Assembly (NCBI GenBank): GCA_963745835.1 | Contig: CAVUZH010000014.1 | Location: forward strand, 224,001-288,000 | Length of the DNA stretch: 64,000 bases | From: an uncultured delta proteobacterium | GTDB lineage: Bacteria > Desulfobacterota > Binatia > UBA9968 | Direction of reading: 5' to 3' | Part shown: one piece after another, positions 49,470 to 58,954 of the stretch | Position numbering within the stretch: position 1 is the stretch's first letter | Layout of the letters: every line of letters begins with the position of its first letter | The notes under the pieces: generated by a model | Seen by the model: only the letters and a program-made list of their open reading frames with translations | Told to the model about the DNA's origin: nothing | Database searches by the model: none | Made by a program: the position numbers and the translations under genes

Positions 49470-49650
49470 GTCATACTCGATGATAGATATTGCATTGTCG
49501 TCCAAGAAGCTTGCTGGTTAGAGGACCTTACGTACGCGATTCCGTTAGAGGATCTAGCTGAGACTGTCCCGACCAGCAAAAGAACGGAGTCAAAAGTTCT
49601 ATGGAAAGTTGTCCCGTCGAGGACCGATATAAGGCTAACGTTCCGTTCAC
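49470..49650 (+). ncRNA. IS110 bridge RNA
   Basis: target loop (stems TTGCTGGT/ACCAGCAA, GGAC/GTCC) with guides CGTACGC and AGCTGAG; donor loop (GAACGGA/TCCGTTC, GTCC/GGAC) with guides ATGGAAAGT and ATATAAG; exact RNA ends approximate. Confidence 0.8.
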
Positions 49651-49690
49651 AGCTATTGGAGTAAAGTAAGCAAAGAAGGAGGACAACAAA

Positions 49691-50917
49691 GTGCCACGAT
49701 ATTATCTGGGAGTAGATTGGGCAGACCGAGTACACCAGCTCTACGGTGGCGACGAGAACGGGATAAAGGTAATGGAGATGAAAGTCCAAGAGAACCCTGA
49801 AGGGCTGGCGGAGTTGGCGCATTGGCTCAATCAGAGCAGAGCTGAGCAGGTGGAGCTGTGGGCGGCGATCGAGAAGCCGCACGGGCGCATTGTGGATTTT
49901 CTTTTGGATCATGGGGTAGTGGTTTATCCGGTCAATCCCAAGGTCTTGGATCGTGCTCGGGACCGGTTTCGCATGAGTCAATCCAAGAGCGACCCCTTTG
50001 ACGCTTGGGTACTGTCGGATTTTCTTCGGACCGACCACGGTCACCTCAGGCCCCTTCGGCCAAGCTCTGAGCAGGCCCAGGAGCTTAAGCTGCTTACCCG
50101 GGATCAGCAAAGAATGGTGCGTCACAAAACGCGTTTGCTCAATCAGCTCAAGTTCACTCTCAAGGAGTACTATCCTCGACCGGTGGAGGTTTTTGGGGAT
50201 CTGGAGGCTCGTATAGCAGTAGACTTTCTCAAGCAGTATTCGACGCCAACGGCGCTCTCGAAGCTTAGCCGTAAGCAGTGGAGCCGATTTGCCCAGCAGC
50301 ATCCTCATCTTGGTAAAGCACGCAGTGCCAAGCTGTGGGAGGAGCTGAAAAAGCCGCAACTTGTGGTTCCCGATCACGTCGTCAGAGCCAAGGCGCAGTT
50401 GCTCGAAGTGCTGCTCGATCAGCTTGAGGCTTCGCTGCGAAGCATAGAGAAGTACAGCGACAAGGTCGAACGTTTTTTCGCCTCTACACCGGCCGCTAGG
50501 CTTGTGGAGAAGCTGCCGGGAGGGAAAAGCGGAACGTTGCTGCCGGCCCTTTGGGCCGAGCTGGGAGATGCCCCAGCTCGATGGGAATCCTTTAAGCACC
50601 TTCAGGCCGAAGCGGGAGCAGTCCCGGTGACCAAATCGAGTGGCAAGAGTCGCATTGTTGAGTTTCGGTTTTCTTGTAACAAACAATTGCGCTACGCCGT
50701 CTACTGGTTTGCTTTTATCTCGATAAACCGCAGCCAGTGGGCCAAGGCCTTTTATCGAGACCAACGGGCCAGAGGACACAGCCATCCCCAAGCACTTCGG
50801 GCTTTGGGAGCGAAGTGGTTGAAAATTATTTTTGTGCTGTGGAGAGATCATAAACCTTATGACGAAACCCATCACTTGGCCAACATTGCACGACAGAAAA
50901 TGCGCCAGGCAGCGTGA
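49691..50917 (+). CDS. IS110 recombinase/transposase
   Basis: DEDD RuvC (GVDW, AIE, KSDPFDA); Tnp serine in PVTKSSGK; AGGAGG RBS. Confidence 0.93.
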   Translation: MPRYYLGVDWADRVHQLYGGDENGIKVMEMKVQENPEGLAELAHWLNQSRAEQVELWAAIEKPHGRIVDFLLDHGVVVYPVNPKVLDRARDRFRMSQSKSDPFDAWVLSDFLRTDHGHLRPLRPSSEQAQELKLLTRDQQRMVRHKTRLLNQLKFTLKEYYPRPVEVFGDLEARIAVDFLKQYSTPTALSKLSRKQWSRFAQQHPHLGKARSAKLWEELKKPQLVVPDHVVRAKAQLLEVLLDQLEASLRSIEKYSDKVERFFASTPAARLVEKLPGGKSGTLLPALWAELGDAPARWESFKHLQAEAGAVPVTKSSGKSRIVEFRFSCNKQLRYAVYWFAFISINRSQWAKAFYRDQRARGHSHPQALRALGAKWLKIIFVLWRDHKPYDETHHLANIARQKMRQAA

Positions 50918-51049
50918 AATAAAATCGATGGGGCTTGACAGGGCTCATAGAAAGTCTCAGCTCATCCAACTTCGCGCGCCTTGCCTCTGAGGTCTTTTGA
51001 GCAGCCTCAGTCAAGCTCCCAGGACCTACTCTCGTCAGGTAGATTCATT

Positions 51050-52442
51050 GGTAGCGTCAAGAGTTGTGTGTAAAATCTTCGACGGGGTTTATACTCCAGT
51101 TAGTATTCAAGTGATGAAACACAGCGAAGACGATTCTTTGTAAACTCTGGGTATGAGCCATCACCCCCATGGGGCGAGTTCTTCGTCTGACTTCTCGAAA
51201 GGTCCGTTCGATTAAGTTGGTGGTCCTTAAGCGGCTCCACAGCTTAGAGTTCTTGATGGCAAAGAAGCTCAGCAGCTGATCGAAGTCTTTCTTTAAGCAA
51301 GCCACCGCTCTGGGATAAGCCTTTCTCCAACGTGAGGAAAATCGCCAGTAAGCCTGAGCCGCTTCTCGGCGATTGGCCGCATGGCTGATCCGGTTTAAAG
51401 CCGTCTTGACCGCCGGCTGGTCTTTCTTTTTCACTTTATCTAAGACGTTTCTGGTTTTGTGCGCCCAGCAGCGCTGTAGCAGGGGCTTGGGATAAATGAT
51501 CTGTAAGGCGTGATGCAGTCCCGTGCCGCCATCAGTAGCCATCAACTGGCACTGGCTCCCTTTGAGTCCTCTTCTGTAGAGATCGGCTAAGAAAGCTTCC
51601 CAGCAGGCCGCCGACTCACTGGCGGCCGGGTAAAAGTCGATCATTTCATGATGGCCTTCGACGGTGATGCCGAAGGCGCAAAGGAGGATTTTCTTTTGCA
51701 CCTTAAGCGCTCCCTTGCTCTTTAACACCACACCATCGAAGAACAGATAGCGGTAGCGATCCTGGAGCGAGCGGTCGTGATAACGACTGACCTCTTGATC
51801 CAACCCCCGCGCAATGCGTGAAATGGTCGAGGCCGAGACCTTCTCGCCCAAAACCGGCGCCAGTACCGCGGCAGCTTTGCGGGTGGACAGTCCCAAACAA
51901 AAACACGCCAACAGAACCCTATCCACTGAGCGGCAGCGCCGGGCATAGCGCTCAAAGAGCTTGGTCGGAAAACCGCCTTTGCGGCGGCGCGGCACTAACA
52001 GTTCTAAATCACCCATCTCGGTCAGCAGATGCCTTATGTAATACCCATTGCGGTAGTCCGGTCGATCCAATGCATGCTCGTAACGAGACAGCCCTAAGTA
52101 CTCGGCCATATCTTCTTCGAGCTGCTTCTGCACCAGTTCTTTGAGCACCTGGAGCGCCATCGGTTTAAAGTCTCCCTCCCAATCAAAACCGTTGATCTCA
52201 TTAAGAGCTCGCGATACATTTCTTGACGTTGCTTGATCGAGCAGCATCGGGGTGCCCTCCTCTTGTTTGTGTTGGTTGCACAACTCTGGAGTTAGCACCC
52301 CTTCTATTTTTTCCCAATCTAAAAATGACTTAGGCTTTTCCCTTAACCACCTCCCAATCCTCTCTTCTCGCCCAAATGTGAAAGTCATTTTCTCCCATCC
52401 TCTCTCCCCAATTCGAATTTACACACAGATCCATACATCACC
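51050..52442 (-). mobile_element. IS256-family element with 8-bp target duplication
   Basis: imperfect IRs GGTAGCGTCAAGAGTTGTGTGTAAA / TTTACACACAGATCCATACATCACC; DR GATTCATT at 51042-51049 and 52443-52450. Confidence 0.9.
51057..52247 (-). CDS. IS256 (Mutator) transposase
   Basis: YRNGY..R, GLSTR, FDG, TDG..GL, QRC..HK.RN, RTTN.IER.FRE.RRR. Confidence 0.93.
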   Translation of the reverse strand: MLLDQATSRNVSRALNEINGFDWEGDFKPMALQVLKELVQKQLEEDMAEYLGLSRYEHALDRPDYRNGYYIRHLLTEMGDLELLVPRRRKGGFPTKLFERYARRCRSVDRVLLACFCLGLSTRKAAAVLAPVLGEKVSASTISRIARGLDQEVSRYHDRSLQDRYRYLFFDGVVLKSKGALKVQKKILLCAFGITVEGHHEMIDFYPAASESAACWEAFLADLYRRGLKGSQCQLMATDGGTGLHHALQIIYPKPLLQRCWAHKTRNVLDKVKKKDQPAVKTALNRISHAANRREAAQAYWRFSSRWRKAYPRAVACLKKDFDQLLSFFAIKNSKLWSRLRTTNLIERTFREVRRRTRPMGVMAHTQSLQRIVFAVFHHLNTNWSINPVEDFTHNS

Positions 52443-52457
52443 GATTCATTACGCGCG

Positions 52458-52487
52458 TTGACATCATAATCATGTGTCAGCTACTTT
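52458..52487 (+). promoter_or_regulatory. sigma70-like promoter overlapped by TGAC-N13-GTCA palindrome
   Basis: TTGACATCATAATCATGTGTCAGCTACTTT. Confidence 0.5.
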
Positions 52488-52564
52488 TATGAATGCTACA
52501 AATCCCGGCTCTAACGCTCTCTGAGGCCGTCCTTCCAATATTAAGCTCTGCCTTTGATTGATCG

Positions 52565-53833
52565 ATGCTTCGCGAACTTCGCGACCGGCTGGCCGGTCTA
52601 TTTTATGGCTGGCGCATGGTCGGCGTCAGTTGCGCTATCCGCCTTCTCGGCGGCGGGCTACATGCATACGGTTTTACCGTTTTCTTTCTACCCATCACTC
52701 AAGAGTTAGGCCTCTCACGGGCCGCGACTTCGTTGGTTTTCTCTCTGGCGCGCGCTCAAGGCGCGATTGAAGGACCGGTGGCTGGCTATTGTATCGACCG
52801 GTATGGACCGCGGCCGGTAATTTTTGTCGCAACTCTTTTGGCCGGTATAGGCTATATGCTCCTGGCCGGAGTGCACAGTTATACCGCTCTGCTGATTGTC
52901 TACATGGGGATCATCTCGCTCTCCTACCAAGCCGGGTTTATGGATGCCACCATGGTGGTCGCCAACAGCTGGTTTATTCGCAAACGAGCTCTGGCCATGT
53001 CGCTCACCAGCGGTTCCATCGCGCTTGGCGGCACCCTGTTCACTCCGTTTCTCGCTTACGCCGTGCACACGTGGGGTTGGCGCAGCGCCGCGATCGGCGC
53101 CGGAGTGGCCTTTCTTCTCGGTGGTCTGCCCCTGTCCATGCTGCTGCGCCGCTCGCCGGAGAGTATGGGCTTGTTGCCGGATGGCGAGCCGTTGCCCAAA
53201 ACACCCGACGCAAAAGGATCAACCCACCCCGGTGAGGAAGCAAATTTTTCTCTGCAGCAAACCTTACGCTCGCGCCAGTTCTGGTTGCTCGCGGTCGCCA
53301 CGACGCTACGCGTAGTTTGCTCCAGCTGTGTCCTGGTCCATTTCGTGCCAATCCTGGTTTGGCGCGGTTTGACCGAGCAGCGCGCCGCCTTTTTCCTGGC
53401 GTTTATCGCTTTGCTCGGCATGCCGGCGCATCTCACAATCGGCTGGCTCGGCGATCGCCTTAACAAGCCCAGGCTAATGGCCACGTGTATGATCATTGCA
53501 AGCTTGTCGGTCTATTTGCTGTTTTCATACACCGTGGAATGGCAACTCTGGCTGGCGCTGGTGCTCTTCACCGTAGTGGAAGGGCTTTTTCCCGTTACGT
53601 GGGCGACCGTAGGCGATTTTTTTGGCCGGAATAATTTCGCCAAAGTTCGCGGCAGCATGAGCTTTCTTTACATGTGGGGTAGCGTCATAGGTCCGGTGAT
53701 GGCCGGCGCTGTGTACGATCGCACCCAAAGCTACAGTCCACTGATGTGGGCACTGATCAGTTTGTGTTGGGTGACAGCGCTCATCTATGCTGTACTGGTC
53801 AAACCGAGCTCCCGTTCTTCTTCTCTTAGCTAA
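52565..53833 (+). CDS. MFS transporter, paralog of 48107-49408
   Basis: FYGW.MV, FFLPITQELGL.RAATSLVFSLARA, WATVGDFFGR shared with the paralog. Confidence 0.92.
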   Translation: MLRELRDRLAGLFYGWRMVGVSCAIRLLGGGLHAYGFTVFFLPITQELGLSRAATSLVFSLARAQGAIEGPVAGYCIDRYGPRPVIFVATLLAGIGYMLLAGVHSYTALLIVYMGIISLSYQAGFMDATMVVANSWFIRKRALAMSLTSGSIALGGTLFTPFLAYAVHTWGWRSAAIGAGVAFLLGGLPLSMLLRRSPESMGLLPDGEPLPKTPDAKGSTHPGEEANFSLQQTLRSRQFWLLAVATTLRVVCSSCVLVHFVPILVWRGLTEQRAAFFLAFIALLGMPAHLTIGWLGDRLNKPRLMATCMIIASLSVYLLFSYTVEWQLWLALVLFTVVEGLFPVTWATVGDFFGRNNFAKVRGSMSFLYMWGSVIGPVMAGAVYDRTQSYSPLMWALISLCWVTALIYAVLVKPSSRSSSLS

Positions 53834-53836
53834 CTT

Positions 53837-54286
53837 GTGAATCAATTGAGCAAGCACAACGGCATCAAGTTCATTCATAAATGGCTACCGGTGCTCCTGT
53901 GGGCCTGCGTCATATTTTTATTTTCCACCGAGCACTTTGCAGCGCCGCAATCTTCGCGGATTTTGGGACCGCTGCTGCACTGGCTCTTCCCAGGCGTCAC
54001 TCCGGAACAAGTGTCGTTCGTGCAATTTGTCGTTCGCAAGCTCGGTCATTGGTTCGAATACTTTGTCCTAGCCGTATTGCTCTATCGCGCTTTATACGCA
54101 GAGAGTAGCGGCAAAAGTTCCATGCGCCCCGCGGTATTGACCATATTTCTTGCGCTCGTCTGGGCAATAACGGACGAGTTTCATCAGTCTCTGGTGCCAA
54201 GTCGAACCGCAAGCATTGTCGACGTTACGATCGACGGCTTCGGGGCGGTTTGTGGAACTTTTTGGAGATATCTGCGCTTCAGATGA
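53837..54286 (+). CDS. VanZ family protein
   Basis: RK.GH..EY, DEFHQ..VP.R.AS..DV.ID..G. Confidence 0.88.
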   Translation: MNQLSKHNGIKFIHKWLPVLLWACVIFLFSTEHFAAPQSSRILGPLLHWLFPGVTPEQVSFVQFVVRKLGHWFEYFVLAVLLYRALYAESSGKSSMRPAVLTIFLALVWAITDEFHQSLVPSRTASIVDVTIDGFGAVCGTFWRYLRFR

Positions 54287-54438
54287 GCGAGAGAGCCAAA
54301 TGGCGTCGTAGCGCGCCGGAGGAATTGTCTCTACGGGCCGAAAAAACTTGACAACCTAACGGTAACTATCCACGATGCTCAGGACGGTGATTTCGCCTGA
54401 AAAATCTTGATTAAGCAACTCATAATCCTCTTCTCTCG

Positions 54439-54978
54439 ATGACATTTTTAACTCGTTTGGCCGGCCTGCTCATTCTCCTTAGCCTTTCCTCTGCTTGCTC
54501 GAGCTCCGACAGCGGACCGGCAGTCACTGCCACAAACTTCATGCCGCCGGAACTCCTGAAGGGAGCCTCATATTCGCCGTCGGCTATGGAGGCGTTGAGC
54601 CGCGGCCTTGCCGTTATCACTCCTTCAGGAGCGGCGCTGCAAGACGTTTATTACGAATTTGATAGCGTCGATCTGAAAGCCGAGGCCGAGGCTATCCTCA
54701 AGAAGAATGCCGAATGGATGAAAGCCAATCCGTTGGCCCGGGTTGAAGTCGAAGGACACTGTGACGACGTCGGATCAGCCGAATATAATCTGGCGTTGGG
54801 CGCCAAACGCGCTCAAACGGCCAGGGATTTTCTTGTGCAGGAAGGCATCGCGCCCGATCGACTGGTCACGATCAGTTACGGCAAAGAAGCGCCCGCGTGT
54901 TTCGATCCGAACGAAGACTGCCGGGTCAAAAACCGCCGCGCCCGTTTTGTGACGTTTACCGAGCTGCCAACTTCGTAA
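54439..54978 (+). CDS. OmpA/Pal-like peptidoglycan-associated lipoprotein
   Basis: lipobox SSAC; VYYEFD, EGHCD..GS.EYNLALG.KRA, SYGKE.P, NRR. Confidence 0.85.
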   Translation: MTFLTRLAGLLILLSLSSACSSSDSGPAVTATNFMPPELLKGASYSPSAMEALSRGLAVITPSGAALQDVYYEFDSVDLKAEAEAILKKNAEWMKANPLARVEVEGHCDDVGSAEYNLALGAKRAQTARDFLVQEGIAPDRLVTISYGKEAPACFDPNEDCRVKNRRARFVTFTELPTS

Positions 54979-55000
54979 ATCCCAGAATGTCAGAAGACTT

Positions 55001-55195
55001 TTCACGGAAGAGGCGGAGAGAACGCAGAGGGTCGTTTCCAAAACTCCCGCAGCGCCTCCATATCGTCATGCTCGGATCTTAACACTGCAGAGAGTTCGCA
55101 CGGATTTCGTTTCGAGACTCTGCGAGTCGCCGGCCTCTGCGCCTCAGCGGTAAATAACTCTGATTCTTGCACCAGCAAAGACACAGAGTACGCAC
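55001..55195. repeat. degenerate CACxGCAGAG.../...CTCTGCG palindromic repeat element
   Basis: TTCACGGAAGAGGCGGAGAGAACGCAGAG ... CTCTGCG..CCTCTGCGCCTCAGCGGTAAA between convergent genes. Confidence 0.5.
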
Positions 55196-55215
55196 GGTTG
55201 AGATTCCTAATTCGC

Positions 55216-57795
55216 TCACTCATAACCGATGGCGGAGACGATCGGCGTGGCGGCGGCTTGTTTGGCCGGCCAATAGCCGGCTAGCAGGCAAAGAATCACA
55301 GATATAAAAATCGATAGCGCCGACAGATGATAGGGATAGTAGTATTCAAAGGTCCAACCGGTCAGTACTTTCGTGTTATAAACCACGTGATGGTAGGACA
55401 TGATGGTGCCGGCGATCAAACCCAAGAACCCGCCGATGAGACCGATCCATGCAGCCTCGAAGATAATCATCCGGCGAATTTGAGCTTGCGTCGCGCCGAT
55501 GGCGCGTAACACGCCGATCTCTCGCGCGCGATCCAGAACCGAAGCCAACAAAGTGTTGATGACGCTAAAGACCGCCACGACCACGGCAACAATTTCGACG
55601 GCATAGTTGACCACGAACGATTGCTCCATGATACGCACCACCGACTCTTTTAGCTGCCGATGTGTGCTGATGAACAGCTCGTACTGCTCGCCATAATCTT
55701 CCTTGATCTTTTCAATAACGACGCTTTGATCGGCGCCTGGTTCCAACCATATATCAAACGCGTCTACCAACTCGTCCTGCCAAAACTTCTTGTACAAACC
55801 GCGATCGATCAAGACGCTGCCGATATCGGAAGAATAATCGATGTAAACGCCCAGCACCTTGAAAGCAATGAGACCGGCCGGAGTGGCAAGCTCGATGGTG
55901 TCGTTGGCGCCCTTGCCGAACTTGCTCTGGAAGCTCTCGCTAACGATAACGCCCTTACCCGCGGCCATTTCGCTCAACGCTTTCTTGCCGTCTCCTCCGG
56001 GAGTCGGCAGACTGCGCACGCTAGCGGATTCCACCGCTGAAAACGATTCGATCAGAATCGGCATTCCATTGTACGTCGAACGGATCAAACGATAGAGATC
56101 GACGATCTTGACACCCGGCACCGATTTAAGACCTGGTAAGGGATCTTCCCTAAGCGGCACATTTTTTGGCCCCGCCGTGCGCGCGCCGGAGCTGACGATC
56201 AGGTCAGCGGTGACCATTTGATCGATCCAGGCGAGCAGGGATCCACGCACGCTGTTAACGAATGCGGCGATGGTGAAGATTGCGGCAAGGCTAATCACGA
56301 TCGTAGCCACCGTGATGCCAGATCTGATCGGGTTTTTTCGCAGGCTATCGGATGCGAGCCTGGTTTCCGCCCAGGAAAAGCCGGGAATAATTATGTCGGC
56401 GCGCCAGAACCACTTAACGCAGGAGTTGATGATCAGCGGGCAAAGAAATGCCAAGCCAAGCAGTAAAATCAGCATGCCGATCACCCCAGCGCTGAACTGT
56501 CGGATGGGGCTCTGCAGAATGGCAGCGAAAAAAATAAGCATTGGAGATAGCACAAGGCAGATTACGCCAAGGCGGGTAGCCAAGGAATTTCTACCGTGAA
56601 ATCCGGGACGCCAGGCGGCTTGCCGGGCATTTTCCAACGGACTCATGCGCACGGCTTCGAGGGCGGGATGAAGGGCAGCGAGGACGGCCACTCCGACGCC
56701 GCTGGCAACTGCCAACGCCAGCTCTTGCAAGGTCAATCCGCCGGCTGTCAGGGCAATCGACGAAAACAGATTGCGCACAGTTTCGCCGACTGCGACCAAC
56801 GCCGCCTGGGCCAGCAGCCATCCAAACACGCAGCCCGCCAGCGCGCCGACGAGAGCAAGGATTAGAGCCTCTGAGATAATCCAGCGGAGCAACTCACCGC
56901 GTCTCATGCCGATGCAGCGCAAGGCGCCGATTTCTCTTTTTCTCTGCACCACCGAAACCGATACGGTGTTGTAGATGAGAAAGAATCCGACAAACAGCGC
57001 AATCAGACTGACGAAGAATAGACCGACCCGAAAAGACGTTAATAAGGATTCGATCTGCTCGCCCCGTTTGCGCGGCCGTTCAACATCGGCCATTCCTTGC
57101 AGACGCTGACGTAATCTCTGCTGCACATCTTCGGCGGTTGCGCCTGGCTCGATGGTGAGATCGACGATATCGAGCTTTCCCTGTTTGCCGAATGCCCTCT
57201 GTGCTACCGGTAGATCCATCAAAGCAAAGTTGCCGCCGAATACTTTGGCGGTTCCTTCCTCCTTCAACAACGCGCGTACCGTATAGGTCTGCTTCCCTCG
57301 GCTGGTGATCACGGTGAGCGGAGACTCCAAGTTGAGATCGAGACGGCGGGCAAAAGTTTCAGTTACGGCAATCGAGTCAGGCGCGGCAATGAAATCAAGC
57401 GCCTGGTCGAAATCAAAGCCGGCGCCGGTAAACTGATGATCGCGGATGGCAAAATCGGTCAGCAAGTCTACGCCATAAACATAAAGGCGTTCGGCTGCCG
57501 CGCTTACAGGTAAGAAGCCATCCACGGCCGCGGCCGCATCCTGGACGCCGCGCGTATCCCGAATCACCGGGAAAAGATCTTCACGAATGCCGCTTTCACC
57601 ATTAGCGACCTGCAACACAGCCTTGCCGGCAATCTGATCGATGGTCGACTGAAACGATGTGGTCAGGGATTTATTGACGATGGCGATAGCAACGATGACC
57701 GCCACACCCAAAGCGATGCCGAGAAACGTCAAGAATGTTCTCAGCCGGTGCAGTTTCAGATGGCGCCATGAGACGGTTTCAAGCAAGCGCAACAT
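55216..57795 (-). CDS. FtsX/MacB-type ABC permease (double module)
   Basis: LRT.LT.LGIALGVA, SVVQR.REIG.LR.IG, R.REIGVLRAIGAT. Confidence 0.92.
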   Translation of the reverse strand: MLRLLETVSWRHLKLHRLRTFLTFLGIALGVAVIVAIAIVNKSLTTSFQSTIDQIAGKAVLQVANGESGIREDLFPVIRDTRGVQDAAAAVDGFLPVSAAAERLYVYGVDLLTDFAIRDHQFTGAGFDFDQALDFIAAPDSIAVTETFARRLDLNLESPLTVITSRGKQTYTVRALLKEEGTAKVFGGNFALMDLPVAQRAFGKQGKLDIVDLTIEPGATAEDVQQRLRQRLQGMADVERPRKRGEQIESLLTSFRVGLFFVSLIALFVGFFLIYNTVSVSVVQRKREIGALRCIGMRRGELLRWIISEALILALVGALAGCVFGWLLAQAALVAVGETVRNLFSSIALTAGGLTLQELALAVASGVGVAVLAALHPALEAVRMSPLENARQAAWRPGFHGRNSLATRLGVICLVLSPMLIFFAAILQSPIRQFSAGVIGMLILLLGLAFLCPLIINSCVKWFWRADIIIPGFSWAETRLASDSLRKNPIRSGITVATIVISLAAIFTIAAFVNSVRGSLLAWIDQMVTADLIVSSGARTAGPKNVPLREDPLPGLKSVPGVKIVDLYRLIRSTYNGMPILIESFSAVESASVRSLPTPGGDGKKALSEMAAGKGVIVSESFQSKFGKGANDTIELATPAGLIAFKVLGVYIDYSSDIGSVLIDRGLYKKFWQDELVDAFDIWLEPGADQSVVIEKIKEDYGEQYELFISTHRQLKESVVRIMEQSFVVNYAVEIVAVVVAVFSVINTLLASVLDRAREIGVLRAIGATQAQIRRMIIFEAAWIGLIGGFLGLIAGTIMSYHHVVYNTKVLTGWTFEYYYPYHLSALSIFISVILCLLAGYWPAKQAAATPIVSAIGYE

Positions 57796-58466
57796 CAGAA
57801 ATCTTTCTCGATGAGGCCGTCATGCAGGCAAATGGTTCGGTCGCCGACCTTGGCAGCCTCGGGGCTGTGGGTGACCATGACTATGGTACAGCGATCCTCC
57901 TGGTTGATCCGGCGCAAAAGGTTGAGAACAATCTCGCCGTTTTTTGAATCCAGGTTGCCGGTGGGTTCGTCCGCCAGGATAATCGGCGGCTCGAAGGCTA
58001 AAGCTCGAGCGATCGCCAATCGCTGGATTTCCCCACCGGACAACGCTTCAGGCAAGTGGGATCGGCGATGCGCCAAGCCAACCTTGTCGAGAAGAAACTG
58101 TGCTCGCTGAGCGGCCTTCGCTCTAGGACGGCCATCGAGCACGAAAGGCAGAGTGATGTTCTCCAGCGCCGTCAGAGTCGGCAGTAGATTAAAAAATTGA
58201 AATACAAAGCCGATCTGGGTTCGGCGGAAAAGGGTCACTTGATCATCCGCCATTTGCGATATGATCCGCTCACCCACCAGAACATCTCCAGCGCTGGGAC
58301 GATCCAGGCCGCCCATAAGATGCAACAGCGTGCTCTTCCCCGACCCGCTCGGGCCCATGATCGTCGAGAACTGACCCTGCGGAATATCGACGGTAATTCC
58401 GGATAAGACGGTAACTTCGTTATCGCCCTGGCGGTAGGTTTTGCGAACGTCGAGGCAGCGAATCAT
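57795..58466 (-). CDS. ABC transporter ATP-binding protein (LolD/MacB-like)
   Basis: GPSGSGKST, LSGGE, ADEPTGNLD. Confidence 0.95.
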   Translation of the reverse strand: MIRCLDVRKTYRQGDNEVTVLSGITVDIPQGQFSTIMGPSGSGKSTLLHLMGGLDRPSAGDVLVGERIISQMADDQVTLFRRTQIGFVFQFFNLLPTLTALENITLPFVLDGRPRAKAAQRAQFLLDKVGLAHRRSHLPEALSGGEIQRLAIARALAFEPPIILADEPTGNLDSKNGEIVLNLLRRINQEDRCTIVMVTHSPEAAKVGDRTICLHDGLIEKDF

Positions 58467-58478
58467 GCGGTGCGATGA

Positions 58479-58850
58479 TTAACTGACGCGGCAGAGTGTA
58501 GGAGCGGTGACAGCCGGAGAATCCGTCCCGCTTTTCTGAATCGTTTCCAGCTCTTCAAGATTTCGCTTGACCGCTGCGCTGAAGGAGGCCAGCTCGACGC
58601 CCAGATAGACCGGGCTGTAGGGCTCGATCTTTTCCAGTCCCATGCGCCAAAGCTTGATCGCTCCGGCGGGTACGCCTTGCTGTAATTTGAAATAACCTGC
58701 GGCGATTTGAATGATGCCTTGATAGAACTTCCGATCTTCGCCGCGCTCCTCCAACCAAAGCTCCTCCAAGGTTTCATGACACTCAAAGAAGAGCTGCTGA
58801 TTAAACTCGTCAATACCTTTTTGAAGGCGCGGATCGTCTTGTGCTTCCAT
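58479..58850 (-). CDS. DUF309 family protein
   Basis: FN..FFECHE.LE..W, QG.IQ.A. Confidence 0.88.
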   Translation of the reverse strand: MEAQDDPRLQKGIDEFNQQLFFECHETLEELWLEERGEDRKFYQGIIQIAAGYFKLQQGVPAGAIKLWRMGLEKIEPYSPVYLGVELASFSAAVKRNLEELETIQKSGTDSPAVTAPTLCRVS

Positions 58851-58954
58851 CAGATGCGTTCCCTAATCGACTAAGCAGCTCCCACAGTGGCAACATCGTC
58901 CACAGCTTGTATAGTCAGTAGAGGATCCAAGAGTCAGTTAAGATTGCGAACTTA

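Larger units (their letters stand above)
49456..50957 (+). mobile_element. IS110-family element bounded by CT cores
   Basis: CT at 49456-57 and 50956-57; right end TTGACA (50935-50940) + 17 nt joins left end TATATT (49458-49463) in the circle. Confidence 0.85.

Noticed and set aside
49457-50875. 472-aa minus-strand ORF
   Set aside because: Antisense shadow of the IS110 recombinase and bridge RNA, with no recognisable motifs.
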